Of a stretch of DNA of 64,000 bases, positions 26,060 to 39,589 are shown piece after piece. The stretch covers positions 33,398,064 to 33,462,063 of the forward strand of contig NC_057735.1 of NCBI RefSeq assembly GCF_004010195.1, in the 5' to 3' direction. Origin of the DNA: Chiloscyllium plagiosum (taxonomy: Eukaryota). Position 1 is the stretch's first letter; each line of letters begins with the position of its first letter. A model generated the notes under the pieces. It was given only the letters and a program-made list of their open reading frames with translations, made no database searches and was not told where the DNA came from. Made by a program: the position numbers and the translations under genes.

Positions 26060-27325
26060 TATAGAACATAGAGAAGAGATAACATAGAGAAAAATACAGC
26101 GCAGTACAGGCCCTTTGGCCCTCGATGTTGCACCGATCCAAGCCCACCTAACCTACACTAGCCCACTATCCTCCATATGCCTATCCAATGCCCGTTTAAA
26201 TGCCCATAAAGATGGAGAGTCCACCACTGCTACTGGCAGGGCATTCCATGAACTCACGACTCGCCGAGTAAAGAACCTACCCCTAACATCTGTCCTATAC
26301 CTACCACCCCTTAATTTAAAGCTATGCCCCCTCGTAATAGCTGACTCCATACATGGAAAAAGGTTCTCATGGTCAACCCTATCTAAACCCCTAATCATCA
26401 AGTCACCCCTAAACCTTCTTTTCTCCAATGAAAACAAAACCCAAATGCCTCAGCCTTTCCTCATACAATCTTCCTACCATACCAGGCAACATCCCGGTAA
26501 ACCTCCTCTGCACCCGTTCCAGTGCCTCCACATCCTTCCTATAATATGGCGACCAAAACTNNNNNNNNNNNNNNNNNNNNNNNNNNNNNNNNNNNNNNNN
26601 NNNNNNNNNNNNNNNNNNNNNNNNNNNNNNNNNNNNNNNNNNNNNNNNNNNNNNNNNNNNNNNNNNNNNNNNNNNNNNNNNNNNNNNNNNNNNNNNNNNN
26701 NNNNNNNNNNNNNNNNNNNNNNNNNNNNNNNNNNNNNNNNNNNNNNNNNNNNNNNNNNNNNNNNNNNNNNNNNNNNNNNNNNNNNNNNNNNNNNNNNNNN
26801 NNNNNNNNNNNNNNNNNNNNNNNNNNNNNNNNNNNNNNNNNNNNNNNNNNNNNNNNNNNNNNNNNNNNNNNNNNNNNNNNNNNNNNNNNNNNNNNNNNNN
26901 NNNNNNNNNNNNNNNNNNNNNNNNNNNNNNNNNNNNNNNNNNNGTCCACCTCCTTAGTCACCTTCTCCAAGAATTCAATAAGGTTTGTGAGGCATGACTT
27001 GCCCTTCACAAAACCATGCTGACTATCCTTGAACACATTATTCCTTTCCAGATGTTCATAAATCCTATCCCTTACAATTCTCTCTCAGATTTTGCCCACA
27101 ACAGAAGTGAGACTCACCGGCCTATAGTTACTAGGGTTATCCCTACTCCCCTTCTTGAACAAGGGAACCACATTTGCTATCCTCCAGTCTTCTGGCACTA
27201 TTCCTGTAGACAACGAGGACATAAAAATCAAGGCCAATGGCTCTGCAATCTCCTCCCTTGCTTCCCAGGGAATCCTAGGATAAATGCCATCAGGCCCAGG
27301 GGACTTATCTATTTTCACCCTTTCC
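26060..27325 (-). mobile_element. Young CR1/HER1 LINE fragment spanning the assembly gap
   Basis: KSPGPDGIYPR, VPEDWRIANVVPLFKKG..NYRPVSLTSVVGK, QHGFVKGKSCLTNLIEF, FSLEKRRFRGDL. Confidence 0.95.
26561..26943. other. Assembly gap (383 N)
   Basis: Run of N. Confidence 1.
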
Positions 27326-28077
27326 AGAAACAGGGAGACAGGGTATCCAGAGAAACAGGGTGGTGTGTCAAAGTGGCAGGCAATGAGAAGTTCAGGCTCC
27401 TTTTTTGCGGGCAGAGTGTAAGTATTCTGCAAAGTAGTCACCCAGTCTACACTTCATTTCCGCAGTGTAGAGGAGACGACATTGTGAGTAGTAAATGCAG
27501 TAGGCTAGATTGAGTGAAGTGCAGGTAAAGTGCTGCTTCAACTGGAAGGTGTGTTTGGGGCCTTAGATACTGAGGAGGGAAGAAGTAAAGTACCCTACTG
27601 CATTTTTCTCTCTGTTTGGGCTTGATCTCCACCTATTGTTTTCTCCTTACTCTCTCCCCCCAACCTTCTCTTCTGCATAAAACCCAACAATTTCCTCGTT
27701 TCCATTAATTTCGAAGTAGGGTCACTAGACTTAAAACATTGACTCTGATTTGTCTCCACAGATGCTGCCAGACCTTCTGAGATTTTCCAGCAATTTCTGT
27801 TTTTTTTTTTCTGATTTCCAATATCTGCAGTTCTTATGTAATTGCACAGAAATCCTATTTTAAAATATTCTCAATTTTTGAATTGGCTTTTTCATCATCC
27901 TTGATCCTAACAGCACCTGATAAATTCTGTTCTAAATGCTTCCACTGTTTTTTATTCAGTTTATAAATGGAGCTCAATTAAATGTAAGATGATGTTTTCC
28001 AAAGCAAACTGCAAAATTATCCCAGTCCATACATTGTTAAGGCCTAATAATTGCAGCTTGAGTCTTCTGTAGACTTG

Positions 28078-28206
28078 GCCAAAATGAGGACTGCTGATGC
28101 TGGAGATCAGAGTCAAGATTGGAGTGGTGCTGGAAAAGCACAGCAGGTCAGGCAGCATCCTGAATGAGCATTCCTGATGAAGGGCTTTTGCCCGAAACAT
28201 CAATAT
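28078..28206. mobile_element. Short inverted PLE-terminus insertion (family A)
   Basis: Perfect 13-bp TSD ttctgtagacttg at 28065-28077 and 28207-28219; left part is the antisense terminus, right part a sense hammerhead. Confidence 0.9.
28170..28205 (+). ncRNA. Minimal type-I hammerhead ribozyme motif (family A)
   Basis: AUUC-CUGAUGA-A-GGGC-UUUU-GCCC-GAAAC-AUC; intact core boxes, perfect stem II. Confidence 0.8.
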
Positions 28207-29287
28207 TTCTGTAGACTTGCTTTACATCGTGACTAGTTTGAAATACAGGAGATTCTAGTTCTATTGACTGCTTCTCTGATTTTATCATGAATAAATTAGC
28301 AATGTCAAAATTGAAATTAATGTGTTTGGGAAAATGTACTCAAAGATGATGGAGATTTAAAGGATCATTTGCAGTGCGCATTGGAATATCAGAAAATCGT
28401 GTTTGACAAATGTGAGAAAAATAGACCCAATCCTTTGCTTATATTCCCTCCCTGATTAGCACTGGACTTGGGTTTTTTCTATGACTTTCCTAGTATTTGC
28501 AGTTGATTGTGTTTGATGGCAGTGTAACCAGGTAGCTACATGCAAATAAACCGCAAAGTTCTTTGCACCAGGATTTCTTCTTGCAATAGAAGACCACTGT
28601 CAGACCACATCCATAAAAACTTGGTAGTGCTGCTAACACGTTATCAGAAGTTAACAAGTGTGCTAGGTCTTTAGTTTTTTGATTGAAAATGGATATATCT
28701 GTTTCAGTGGTTGTTGTTGAATGATGCTAGTTTACACACTGGCTAGTTAATACCGTACCAAGTCATTATGATGGACCACATTTGGAGGCAGACAGTGGTA
28801 AGAACCCAAAAGCTCCCTTTATGGCTATCTCGAGTTCTCCCGAGCCACTGACAACTGTTTCCCTGCCACAGCAAATGAACCACCCACCCTCATTCTCCAC
28901 ATCCTGACAACATTCAAGAGAATCCTCACAGTCAATACAACAGCTTGCAATCGTCCAAACCATAATTATTTATGCTGACACACAGTTTCTTCGCTCCTCC
29001 ACCTATTGCTTAGTTTTGTGGTGTTCAGTGAGACTGATTATACTTTCTGCCCAACTTGGCTGACAGCGAATTCTATCTAAAGGCCTTGTGGAAACTCTGT
29101 CTTTTATAGTTGAGCCGTAACCCAAATGTAAGTATGCAGTTCAGGATTTGAACCTCTTTGGACAACAGTTAAACAGTTTTCAATGATAATGCCTTTTTTA
29201 TTTGCTTGTGGATTTTTCTCTTTGTTGCACTCTTCAATAATGGACCTAGTGATCTTCAGAAAAGGGAAGATCTTAAAAGTAAAAGCG

Positions 29288-29510
29288 AGGTCGCCACAGT
29301 TTTACTAGGCCATAGGGCTGTGTCTGATTTCAGAGACAGAGAGAGAGAGAGAGAGAGGACTGATGGTAGTTTAACCTGACAGTCAGTCCGTTTCAAGCAA
29401 GGGGAGGGGTTGAGAAGGAGAGTTCTTCATGATAACCAAAGGCAGTATGGAAATTGAACCCATGCTGTTGACATCATTCTGTACAGTTAGCCAAATGTAA
29501 GACCAACTGA
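29288..29510 (-). mobile_element. tRNA-derived SINE with internal (GA)n
   Basis: Antisense B-box ggaaattgaaccc near 29450; (GA)n at ~29333-29357. Confidence 0.55.
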
Positions 29511-29894
29511 TACCCCAGTAATATATGTTTGGCAAGATTATTATACTGTATACCATGGGTTAAATGAGTGAAGAATTTTCAACAAGAATCACGCCATTCA
29601 CAGTTTTAACCTTCATATGTTTCAGACTTTGAGTTATCTGCAATGGAAATATACTGTTTTTGTTAGTCTTGATTCACTAAGAATGGATTAGTCCACATTT
29701 CCGTTTGCAGATAAACTTAGTTTGTTCTTCGTCAGGCTGAGAGGAGCAACACTGATCTAGAAATAACTAATTCTGCGAATGTGTGAGTAAAAGGATGCAG
29801 CTGGTTCTTGGAGCAGCATTGGTGTCAGATACAGTAAAGTAGACCACAGACCACAGGCTTTTAAACTGGCTGGTGGAGTGTGGATCAGAGCCAA

Positions 29895-29930
29895 ATGGCT
29901 GGGAAGAAGGACAGAAATGCAATCAAAAAT
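29895..29930 (+). CDS. Candidate first coding exon (MAGKKDRNAIKN), unverified
   Basis: ATG in ccaaATGG context, upstream in-frame stop, GTAAGG donor in phase 0. Confidence 0.15.
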
Positions 29931-30172
29931 GTAAGGACTGTCATTATATCAAATTTGTTATTTTCAACATTGGTGGAACAGCCTGAAGTGTCAATAAGAA
30001 TGATTCATTGCTGAGTAGGTGAGTAGCAGTTATGGCTTTATACTCCGATGAATAAGAAACATTTGACACTTCAGTCTCATAAAATTGATATACACAGATT
30101 TATGCTGCTTTCTTTCACGGACTACAGCTGTGACTACTTTGGCAGAGCACCAGTGCTTATTGCATTTTACAG

Positions 30173-30274
30173 AACCTGAGGGAAAAGAATTTAGCCAGTA
30201 CTGAAGCAGGTGCAGCTGCTACTGTCCAATTCCCGAAGAAAAATAGGGAACTTTGCGAGAAAACTGAAAGAATG
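30173..30274 (+). CDS. Candidate 102-nt phase 0/0 exon (NLREKNLASTEAGAAATVQFPKKNRELCEKTERM), unverified
   Basis: ttgcattttacAG acceptor, open frame, GTAAAC donor, in phase with the upstream candidate. Confidence 0.18.
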
Positions 30275-31779
30275 GTAAACATAAATAACGGAGCAAATCA
30301 TAAAACATGATATAAAATGACTTGAGTTTCAACTATGGATATGTACATATAGTGGTTCAACAAATAATCTAATCTCAGTTTAAATGCATTCAAATAAAAT
30401 AACAATGCTAAGCAGATGGAATAGTGACTGAATCAATATCAATACTTTATGGATTACAATGTATTCATTTTGATGGTAAAACGGATTGAAAACAGAATTC
30501 TATGCAGTGAATATATTGTTATGTATATGATTGTGATGCTTATGACTTCTTTCCATGGTAAAAATAATCTGAAAAAGAACCTTTATTCAACAATGAACAG
30601 TTGCTTTAGTTTCCCAAATGTTTATTTTTAAATGTATTTGTAAATACATTTGTTTGATATATTTATCAAGATTTCAGTAACAGAGTTGTTTCAGTTGTTC
30701 AGTAAAGATATATTTGGGCATAAAAGAAGTCTTCAAATTTTAAAACTATAGCCAAATCAGGTATTAAATTTCACTTAATTCATTAAAAAAAACAGATGTT
30801 ACAGATAGAGGAGGGATGATGGGGTGGTTCCCCCTTTTTTCCCACTTTGTGACTGAGTGAAGATGGATGTACTTTAAAAGTAGATGTTTTAATCCCCTCA
30901 ACAGACACATGATTGCAAGTATCCTCATAAGTTTTAAAAAGAAAGATAAATATTTCTCATTCAACACTGAAATGTATTCATAGCCACACCCACTCGTACA
31001 TTCATTGATATACTCATACAAACATACACAGACTGAAGAAAAGATTGTGATTACACAAAGGTACATGCAATTGGGTCTTAGAAATTCAGATATTTTCTAT
31101 CATATTTGGTCTTCCTGAACTGAAGTCTTGAAACCATTGCAGGTCTCTAATTCCTTTTAGGTCCACTAAAGAATAGAATCTTTGGGTATAGGGAGGACAA
31201 ATTTGCTGTGATTTATTGCTTGTAGCACTGGAGTTACAATTGTAAACCTGTAGTGAAACCCTGGTATTGTTCCTTGAATGTAGGAGTCAATAGCTACCTC
31301 ATATCTCTGGATACAGACTGCTCTTAGGCAAGGTGTTAGCCTTCATTGGTTTGGATCTTATTCCTTTTATGTTCCAAAACGTGCCTTTATCAAATGTCCT
31401 TATCAGACAACTCGATTCTGTTCTGTGACCGGAGTGTTTCTGTCTATTGTTCTTACAAATGGGGTCCAGGTTTCACCCATTCACACAACACTGTGGTGGA
31501 ACAAGGCCTTGTTCACAACCATTCTCTAGATTTCATCTCTGAAGTGAAAAGGTCTGCAAGCAATATTGTGAAAAAAGTGTATTTCATAATTTGGAGAGCA
31601 ACAGCCATTGACCAGAAGAAAAGTCTATCACATTTTACTTACTTCTCAATAATATGCACTGAAAGTTCATTCGCATTTTAATGACCTTAAGATTACTTTA
31701 GGAATCTGTGTAATGACAGGAAAGAAAAGGTCACTTGAGTTCTTGATTCCACTCTATTTTAAAGTATTATCCATTCTCC

Positions 31780-32345
31780 ATTTTATTTACTGTGAGCATG
31801 TTACAGATTTTGTGAGCGTGTCACAGGTTTACATTAGTGACTAATGGACCTACTCAATAATTGGATCGTGTCAAATAAAATGTCCCTTCGGCCATTGGCA
31901 ATAGCAAAGTACTGGCCATACACACGCAGTACATGCAAAACTCAGAACAGACATTAGACGCGTTTCCGTGTTTGAACAATTCTAACTGTACTAAGAAGTT
32001 TACGAATAACTATTTTAAGATTATTAGACAAGCTCGCAATGTGGCTCAATTATACTTGTGAGTAGCTACATATACTCAAAAACAAGAGCCTGACCTCATC
32101 AAGAAAAAATGGTTCATATACAGACATTGCATTTTTTTTAAATTAAGCAAAAGCTTAGAGTATAATTGTTGCATGGCGCATTCTCCATGACAATATCTCA
32201 TCCATTTGGAGTTGCTCTGTCACAGGATCAGCACCCCCTTCTCAATATAAACCATTGCTTCCTTCGAACCAGGGCATTCTTGCATCACCCTGATGAGCAC
32301 AGGACAGAAATCTTTGACAGCATGTTTCATTTTTCAGCAACACTT
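31780..32345 (+). mobile_element. Old Penelope-like element 3' end (family D) with hammerhead relic
   Basis: LDRVK*NVPSAIG and LNNSNCTKKFTNNYFKIIRQARNVAQLYL*VATYTQKQEPDL match a PLE GIY-YIG C-terminus; CUGAUGA...GAAA at 32290-32310. Confidence 0.7.
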
Positions 32346-32409
32346 ATTTGTTTATATTTTATATTTATACTGTATTTGTGATGAATATTGTTAGTTATTA
32401 AATTCAGAC

Positions 32410-32680
32410 AATGAGAAGTCATGGATAGATTTAAACTGATTTTCAAAAAGAGCATATATAAAAGCCTTTTAACGCAGTGAGTATTTAGGGTAAGATTAAT
32501 GAAGGCAAGTTCAATTGAAACATTCAAGGGAGCATTCAGTAATTATTTGGAAAGAAATAATATGCAAGGATTTTGAGAACTGTTCACAGATTGGCACTAA
32601 GCGATGATGTTTACTTGATGAGTTAGTACAGACACAGTGGGCCAAATGGCCTCCTTCTGTGCTGTAACAGTTTTGTGATA
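32410..32680 (+). mobile_element. CR1 LINE 3' end
   Basis: ttttaacgcagtgagt, cattcaagggagcatt, gggccaaatggcctccttctgtgctgtaa. Confidence 0.7.
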
Positions 32681-33205
32681 ATGGGGACATTTTCCAAGCT
32701 GTCTAGAGGTGCACTTGGAAGAGGGAAGGTTGGGAAATTCTTTTTAGGAAGCATACTCTGTGGCATGTTTCTGTCTTCTCCTGCTTTTCAAACGGTAGAT
32801 TGCTTGTCCACTGTGTAGCAATGGGGAGCTAATTGAAGCCATTTAAAGTAGCAATTAAGACTCATTTTCCAAAGACAGTAGTATTTTGCTCGAGGTGCAC
32901 AGGTATCCGACTGTGTCTGTAGCTCATATCCTCACTGCAGGGGACAGCACAGCTGGAGATCGAAGCATCAGGCAATGGATACAAACTGATCTTTAAACGA
33001 GGAAAGACCTTAGTTTTTTTTAGCACTTCTGCAGGCAAATACTTTCAAATGAAAGCATTTCACTTTGAAGACCAAACTAGCTGATAGTCCTGGATGTAGC
33101 ATTAAGATGTCAGTTTCACTGTTTGTAGCATGCCTCCATTTTTACTGTCACCATTGACCTGAGTAGTGTCCATAAGTCACATTGGGGTCATTGAGTGGCC
33201 TTTTT

Positions 33206-33556
33206 AGAATCATAGAATCCCTACAGTGTGGAAACAGGCCCTTCGGCCCAACAAGTCCACACTGTTCCTCCGAAGAGCAACCCAATCAGAACCATTCGCC
33301 TACCCTATTATCCTATAATTACCCCTGACAAATGCATCTAGCCTACACAATCTGAACACTATGGGCAATTTAGAACAGCCAGTTCACCTAACCTGCACAT
33401 CTTTGGACTGTCAAAGGAAACTGAATCACCCAAACGATACCCACGTAGACACAGGGAGAATGTGCAAACTCCACATAGGCAGTCACCCGAGGCTGGAATC
33501 TAACCTGGGTCCCTGGTGCTGTGAAGCAGCAGTGCTAACCACTGAGCCACCGGGCC
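33206..33556 (-). mobile_element. HE1 SINE
   Basis: Full antisense HE1 with tagaatca-repeat tail. Confidence 0.92.
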
Positions 33557-33689
33557 ACTCTGCTCCCTTCTCCCCAGCCCGACTAATTTACCCTCCCCAG
33601 TCCATGAGCTTGTAATGCTAATTAAATGGCAAATATGTAAATTTGAGTTGGCGAGACCACAGCTTGTAGATATTTTTAATCAATCAGTT

Positions 33690-33775
33690 ATGACACTCCT
33701 GTTGAGCAAGTGGGACATGAACTCACATCTTTTGGCTCAGAGGTAAGGACATTCCCACTCTGCCTCAAGAGCCCT
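33690..33775 (-). mobile_element. Short tRNA-derived SINE (same family as 50612-50717)
   Basis: Antisense tRNA-like head similar to the 50612 copy. Confidence 0.55.
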
Positions 33776-34079
33776 CAGGCCACTACTTGTGGACCTTGAA
33801 AAGTCAGGTTGCTGATGCCCACAACTAAATTCAGCCATTTGAGTCCAGAAACAAAATAAAATTGAAGAAGCTCACAAATGAAAGTGCAGGAATGACAAGG
33901 AGAATAAAGGATAAGAAAATACAAGAAAGGGAGTTAGTGAGTCAAAGAGGGTTGAAAAGGAGGGAATATAAAAATGAAAATCAAAAAGACAGTTCAGTTT
34001 TGTACGTGTAGCAGTGAAAAAAGAATCGTTCCAAGTGAGGGGACCCTTTACTGGAGAGAATATTAACCCAGTGGAGTGT

Positions 34080-35680
34080 AAGACCATTAGAAGTAGGAAC
34101 AGGAGTAGACCATCTTGTCTCTAGAGTCTGCTCCACCATTCCACAGGAACATGCCTGAACCAACATTCTTCATGTTCACATAATACCATTTCCCCCATTA
34201 TCCTTGATTCCCCTACTGATCAGGAATCTAGTTCAGCCTTAAATATACACAAGGACTATGCTCCCACAGCTCTCTATGGCAAAGAGTTCAAAAAGTTCAC
34301 AGCCCTCTTAAAACATTTTCTCCTCATCTCAATCTTAAATTAGTGCTCTTTTTGTTCTGAGACTGTACCCTCTGATCCTAGACTGTCCCATAAGGGGAAA
34401 CATGCTCTCAGCATTTACCATGTCAGACCACTTAAGAAGCCTGGAGAAAGTGAGGACTGCAGATGCTGGAGATCAGAGTCGAGAGAGTGGTGATGGAAAA
34501 GCACAGCAGGTCAGGCAGCATCCGAGGAGCAGGAGAATTGATGTTTTGGGCATAAGCCCCTCATCACGATTCTCCTGCCCCTTAAGAAGCTGATATGCTT
34601 CAATGAGATTTCCTCTCATCCTTCTGAACTCCAGTGAGTCGCGTTCTAACCTGTTTAATCTTTGCTCTTCAAATGATCCCTCCATACCAGCAATCATCCC
34701 ACTGTCTCCAATGAAATAATATCATTCTTCAAATAAGTGGACCAAACTGCTCTCAATATTTCAGATGTGGTCTCACCAGCACCTTGTATAGTTGCAGTAA
34801 GGCTTTCCTATTCTTATACTCTAAGCTCCTTGAAATAAGAGCCAATATTCCATTAGCCTTCCTGATTACCTGCTAGCTTTCTGTGATTTGTGCACAAGTT
34901 CCCTTTATACTCCATTTGCCAACTTTTTGCCCACTTACTTAATCTGTAATTACCTCTTTGTAAAATGTTTATATTCTTCTTGTTCCTTTCCTTTCCTAAT
35001 TTTGTGTCATCTGCATCTTTGGATACAGTATACTCCCTTCCTTCTTTTGAGTTATTTACATATATTGTAAATAGCTACTGATCCATGTGAAACTCCACTG
35101 TTTATAGGTCGCTCACCTCAAAATGAACCCCCAATCTCCATTCACTTTTCCTGCCCATCATTCTCTATTCATGACAATATATCACCTCCCACACCATGAG
35201 TTCTCATCTTATGACTTAATTTTTTGCAACGTACCTTGTCGAATGCATTCTGGAACACCAAATACAACACACCCACTGGTGTTCCCTCTCTCCTGTCTGG
35301 TTGAGACTCACTCAAAAACTCAAATTAGTCAGATATGATTTCCCTTTCATGAAGCCATGCTGACTCTGCTTCACTGGATTATGATTTTCCAAATGTGCTG
35401 CTATTACTTATTTAAGGAAAAATAGATCTTTGGTTAATTAGCTTATTGTTACCCATGTTTTGCCTTCCTTTTTGAAAAGGGATGTCACATTAGGAGTTTT
35501 CCAGTCCTCTGGCACTTGCTCCAGAATTCAAATTTTTTTTTGGAAAGTGACAACCAATGCATCCACTATCGCTGTAGCTATTTCTTTAATAATCCTAGGA
35601 TTCAAGTCATCAGGACCAGTGGACATATCTGCCATTAGCACCATTAGTTTGTCTAATTCTACTTCTCTAGTGATGGTGAT
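34080..35680 (-). mobile_element. CR1 LINE RT and 3' fragment
   Basis: MIAGMEGSFEEQRLNRL..SLEFRRMRGNLIE; CR1 tail near 34085. Confidence 0.88.
34441..34580 (-). mobile_element. PLE-terminus insertion (family A) within the CR1
   Basis: TSD cttaagaagc at 34431-34440 and 34581-34590. Confidence 0.88.
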
Positions 35681-37238
35681 AGCACTTAAATGGAGGTTTG
35701 CTTCATAAATGGGAACACTTAATGGGTACTTTTGGTCTATTCCTATAAAAGAAGCTCAAATCAGGTTCAGGGCCAGATGATGCCAAAGTAACTTTTTATT
35801 TCTTTTTCAAAAATGTTTTCTTATGGACACGAGTAATAAGTATTGCCAGGGGACCCACAAAAATCCACTGGCTATCTTTCTCCCTCATCTCCGGTCATCT
35901 CAGGGTCTTTCCTGAGATTAAACAACTGTTTTCTTCATTTAACTATCAGAAATTTTCCTGTTCCTCCCCACCAACATCTGGCTTTGGCTGGGTAACCTCT
36001 TCGAAGTTTTATGTAAGGTCCTGAAGTTAAAATCTCTTGACTCTCACCGTGGGTGACCAGACAGATCAGCATTCACATGGATCACTGTACACCACATTTC
36101 TGCTACAAGGTATAATTTAGATGAAAAGGTCACTGTTTTATGAGGAGTGAATATATACTGGAGGAGTAGAATATAATAACAGTTTTCAAAGCAGGAGACA
36201 GAGCTAACCCAGGTTATTACAGGCAAGTTAAGTTAACATCTGTGATTAGAAAATGTTGGCGTCTTTAATTAAAGATGAATTCACTAAACATCTTACCGAA
36301 AAGAAATTAATTAGAAGCAGTCAATATAGCTTTCAGATAGGAAGACAGTACCTTGACAAACCCAACCGGGTTGTTTGAGGAGAAGACATATGGTGGATGG
36401 GGATAAGGCATTGGAAGTAATACATAGGGACCTTACAATATATGATAGCATCACAAGGAGAGACATTCAGTTTACAGAGTGGGTCAGGCTACCAACAAAC
36501 TCCCTTGCTCTCTCAATGCATACTCACCTTGTACCTGCTGTAAGCACACAGCATGCTGTGCTCTGCTGTGCCTTGAACTGAAATTTGGGGCAGTTCCACA
36601 GCCAGACAGATGGTTAAGCTGTGTAGCACTGCTCAGGTGAGGGCACCTACAGCTTCTTATACATCAGTGAGTGGTGTCAGGCTATTCCCATCCCCCCCCA
36701 CCAATACCACATGGCAGCAGCTATCACGCCAAACTCATGCATTTGCACCAAGCAGTGAGACACATGTGAAAACTTTCAGGGAGTAGTCCAGACCCAATTC
36801 CATTGGTGTACCAATCTGTCAGGGGTCCAGAGTGGTTGGTCGATGGCATCCTCCCATACCTATCCTGGGTAGTAGCCACAAACAATCGTTCAGTCAGTGG
36901 GCCTTTGCACAGCGGTTCTATGGCTATATCCTTAGGGTCACAGTTGGTCCTTTGTATCTGTAGGGGAAGTTCCCATTGAAGGGGCCGAGTTGGGCTGGGG
37001 GGCAGTACTGACACAGTCGGGACATGTGTGGCAAGTGTTAATGGGAGTGGCTAGTGAAGTCACCTGAGATGGTTGCTCATGGCTTGCGCAACACCACAGT
37101 TAACAGGGACAAGGGGTGTGGTGATTAAGGAAAGGGATGGGAGGTAGGGGTAGGTATATTTAACCAGTTTGGATGATGACCTGAGGGAATGTGAAGCTGC
37201 AGCTTTGATAAGAATGTGTATCTGGCAATGAGAGGGTG

Positions 37239-37565
37239 ATTAGTTTAGATTAGATTCCCTACAGTATGGAAACAGGCCCTTTGGCCCAACAAGTCCACAC
37301 CGACCCTCCAAAGAGTAACCCACCCAGACCCATTCCCCTACCCTATATTTACCTCAGCAGCTAACACTATGGGAAATTTAGCATGGCCAATTCACCTGAC
37401 CTGCACATCTTTGGATTGTGGGAGGAAACCGGAGCACCTGGAGGGGATCCACGCAGACACAGGGAGAATGTGCAAACTCCACACAGACAGTCGCCCGAGG
37501 TGGGAATCGAACCCGGGTCCCTGTTGCTGTGAGGCAGCAGTGCTACCCACTGAGCCACCGTGCCA
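37239..37565 (-). mobile_element. HE1 SINE (young)
   Basis: Full antisense copy, (tagat)n tail. Confidence 0.93.
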
Positions 37566-38353
37566 CTGTGATGTAGAAAGTTACAGTGACATGTTAAAGC
37601 TGAGGCTGACCCCTACCTTAGTGCATCTTTTCTGGTCGGCATGGACAGGCTGGACCGAAGGGTCTGTTTCCATGCTGTACATCTCTATGACTCTATGCCA
37701 CAGGGCATAGTAAAGCATCTGAGCCCTACAACAGAGACATAGACAATAACATAAATGTTTAACATAGACTCCAGCTACTTACATAACTGTCAGCTGTGAG
37801 CCCCATGTGTTCTCACAAAAAAAACTTTATTTTCCTTCCCCTCCTGCAGTGCCTCACAGGCCTCCTCTGCTATGCAGATGGCGTATTGGAACCCAAAGGT
37901 CTTGAAGATTTTGTGAGGTGACCCTGGGGTCTTTTTTTGTTCAGATGAACCAGATATGTCAAGGATCTTTTTGCCTGACCCTTCCCAATGGAATTTACAA
38001 GGTTTGGACGAGGTGTGGGGGAGGGGGAGGGGGGGAGGAGGGGAGGGGTTCAGGGATGCAGGCAGGGTGAAGGTGGAAGATACAGCCACATCTGTAGCCT
38101 CTTTAATTTGTCCTGCTGAGGAACCCATATGTGTTTCCTCCTCTGAGTGAGTGTCTTCCTGGCACCACCCTCTCCCTCTCTTCGAGTGAGGAATGGGGCA
38201 TTTGCGTCACAAACAAGGCTCCCTGCTACCCCCTCACCTTGGCTTCAGTCCTGGTGACCAATGCCTGAGGCACTGATGTGAAGCTGTGTGTGTGGCTTTT
38301 GGTTCAATTATGTATCTGCCTTGAATATCTGATTTTAGAATCTTTATCATACT

Positions 38354-38672
38354 CACGATGCTCAGTGGTTAGCATTGCTGCCTCACAGTGCCAGGGACCT
38401 GGGTTCAATTCCCGCCTCAGGCAACTGTCTGTGCAGAGTTTGCACATTCTCCTCGTATCTGCGTGTGTTTCCTCCCGGTGCTCCGGTTTCCTCCCACAGT
38501 CCAAAGATGTGAAGGGTAGGTGAATTGGCCATGCTCAAATTGCCCCTAGTGTTAAGTGCATTAAGGGGTGAATGTAGGAGAATGGGTCTGGGTGGGTTGC
38601 TCTTCAGAGGATCGGTGTGGACTTGTTGGGCCGAAGGGCCTGTTTCCCCACTGTAGGGAATCTAATCTAATC
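38354..38672 (+). mobile_element. HE1 SINE
   Basis: A/B boxes, HE1 body, (atcta)n tail. Confidence 0.93.
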
Positions 38673-39589
38673 AAAGTTTATTGAATTGTCCTTCTCTTCA
38701 AAGAACTTTATTGTACCTAGTGACATTAAGCTTGATTTCCTCATTAAGGTTTCATGTGACTTCTTAACAATGACATTTCATACAATGATATTTGGATAAA
38801 AGCTTTATCAGCAGTATTTTTATGCAGCAGTTTACTGAGAAACCTACTTCAGTTGACTGAATTCACGTCTAGTTGCTTCCTGTTATTTCTCAGTGAATTG
38901 TTGCTCCTGATTTTGTGGTCAGCACTGAATGGGCAGTGCTCACAGTACACTGAGCTGCACATGGACTTCCTTTGAGCAGTGATGAGGATATTTCAGGTCC
39001 TTCCTCAATCCAGTAGCCTCAAGAGTCAGTACCCAGGGCAAGAGACAGATTCCAGGGGTTGGGTTTTTGAAGTCCAATGGCGTTGGATCCAGAGGTGGGT
39101 AGGAAGGAGAATTGTTGTAGTTAAACCGTTTGCTCAATCGCAGCCTCTTTACACCTCTGCAACATTGAGAAAGAGGCTGCAAAGGGCAGATCCCTCTTCC
39201 ACACTGGTTGGAATTTTCCAGTAGACAGATGGATCCTGGCCCTGCAGTATTGGGCACTGAGAAAAGGTGTCTGACTCCCAGTGGCACACCTGGGTAAGGG
39301 AAGGAAGGGGAGTTCAATTCGTACCCTTTTTAAACATTCACTCCCACTCACAGCTGACTTCCAAATGACAATAGCTGATTCTCTGCAATGGCACGTGGCA
39401 GTTATGACTTAATTTTAACTTCGACAATGTTAAAACTGCTAATAAAGAATATCAATCGCTCTATTACTGACAGCTGTAGATTACAGTTGTCTCAATGCTA
39501 GAGACCCTTTTAGTTAGGTTTTGGGGCCCCTGTCCTCTTATTAATTATTTGTCTAGATGCTGGTATACAGAGCAGTTTGTGCGTGAAGC

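Larger units (their letters stand above)
25574..27838 (-). mobile_element. Penelope-like element (family C) with inverted terminal copy, interrupted by a CR1
   Basis: 25574-25790 is the inverted counterpart of ~27600-27810; GIY-YIG remnant (LLIACHFDTPPC); decayed TSD aRttRcacagaaa. Confidence 0.85.

Noticed and set aside
26115-27036. Longest ORFs in the track (280, 166 and 165 aa)
   Set aside because: Artefacts of translating through the N gap inside a CR1
28731-28907. Open frame FTHWLVNTVPSHYDGPHLEADSG with an internal GTAAGA donor
   Set aside because: Poor acceptor and no recognisable homology
38940-39317. 125-aa minus-strand ORF with a strong polypyrimidine acceptor near 39292
   Set aside because: No recognisable domain, no convincing donor, no supporting exons
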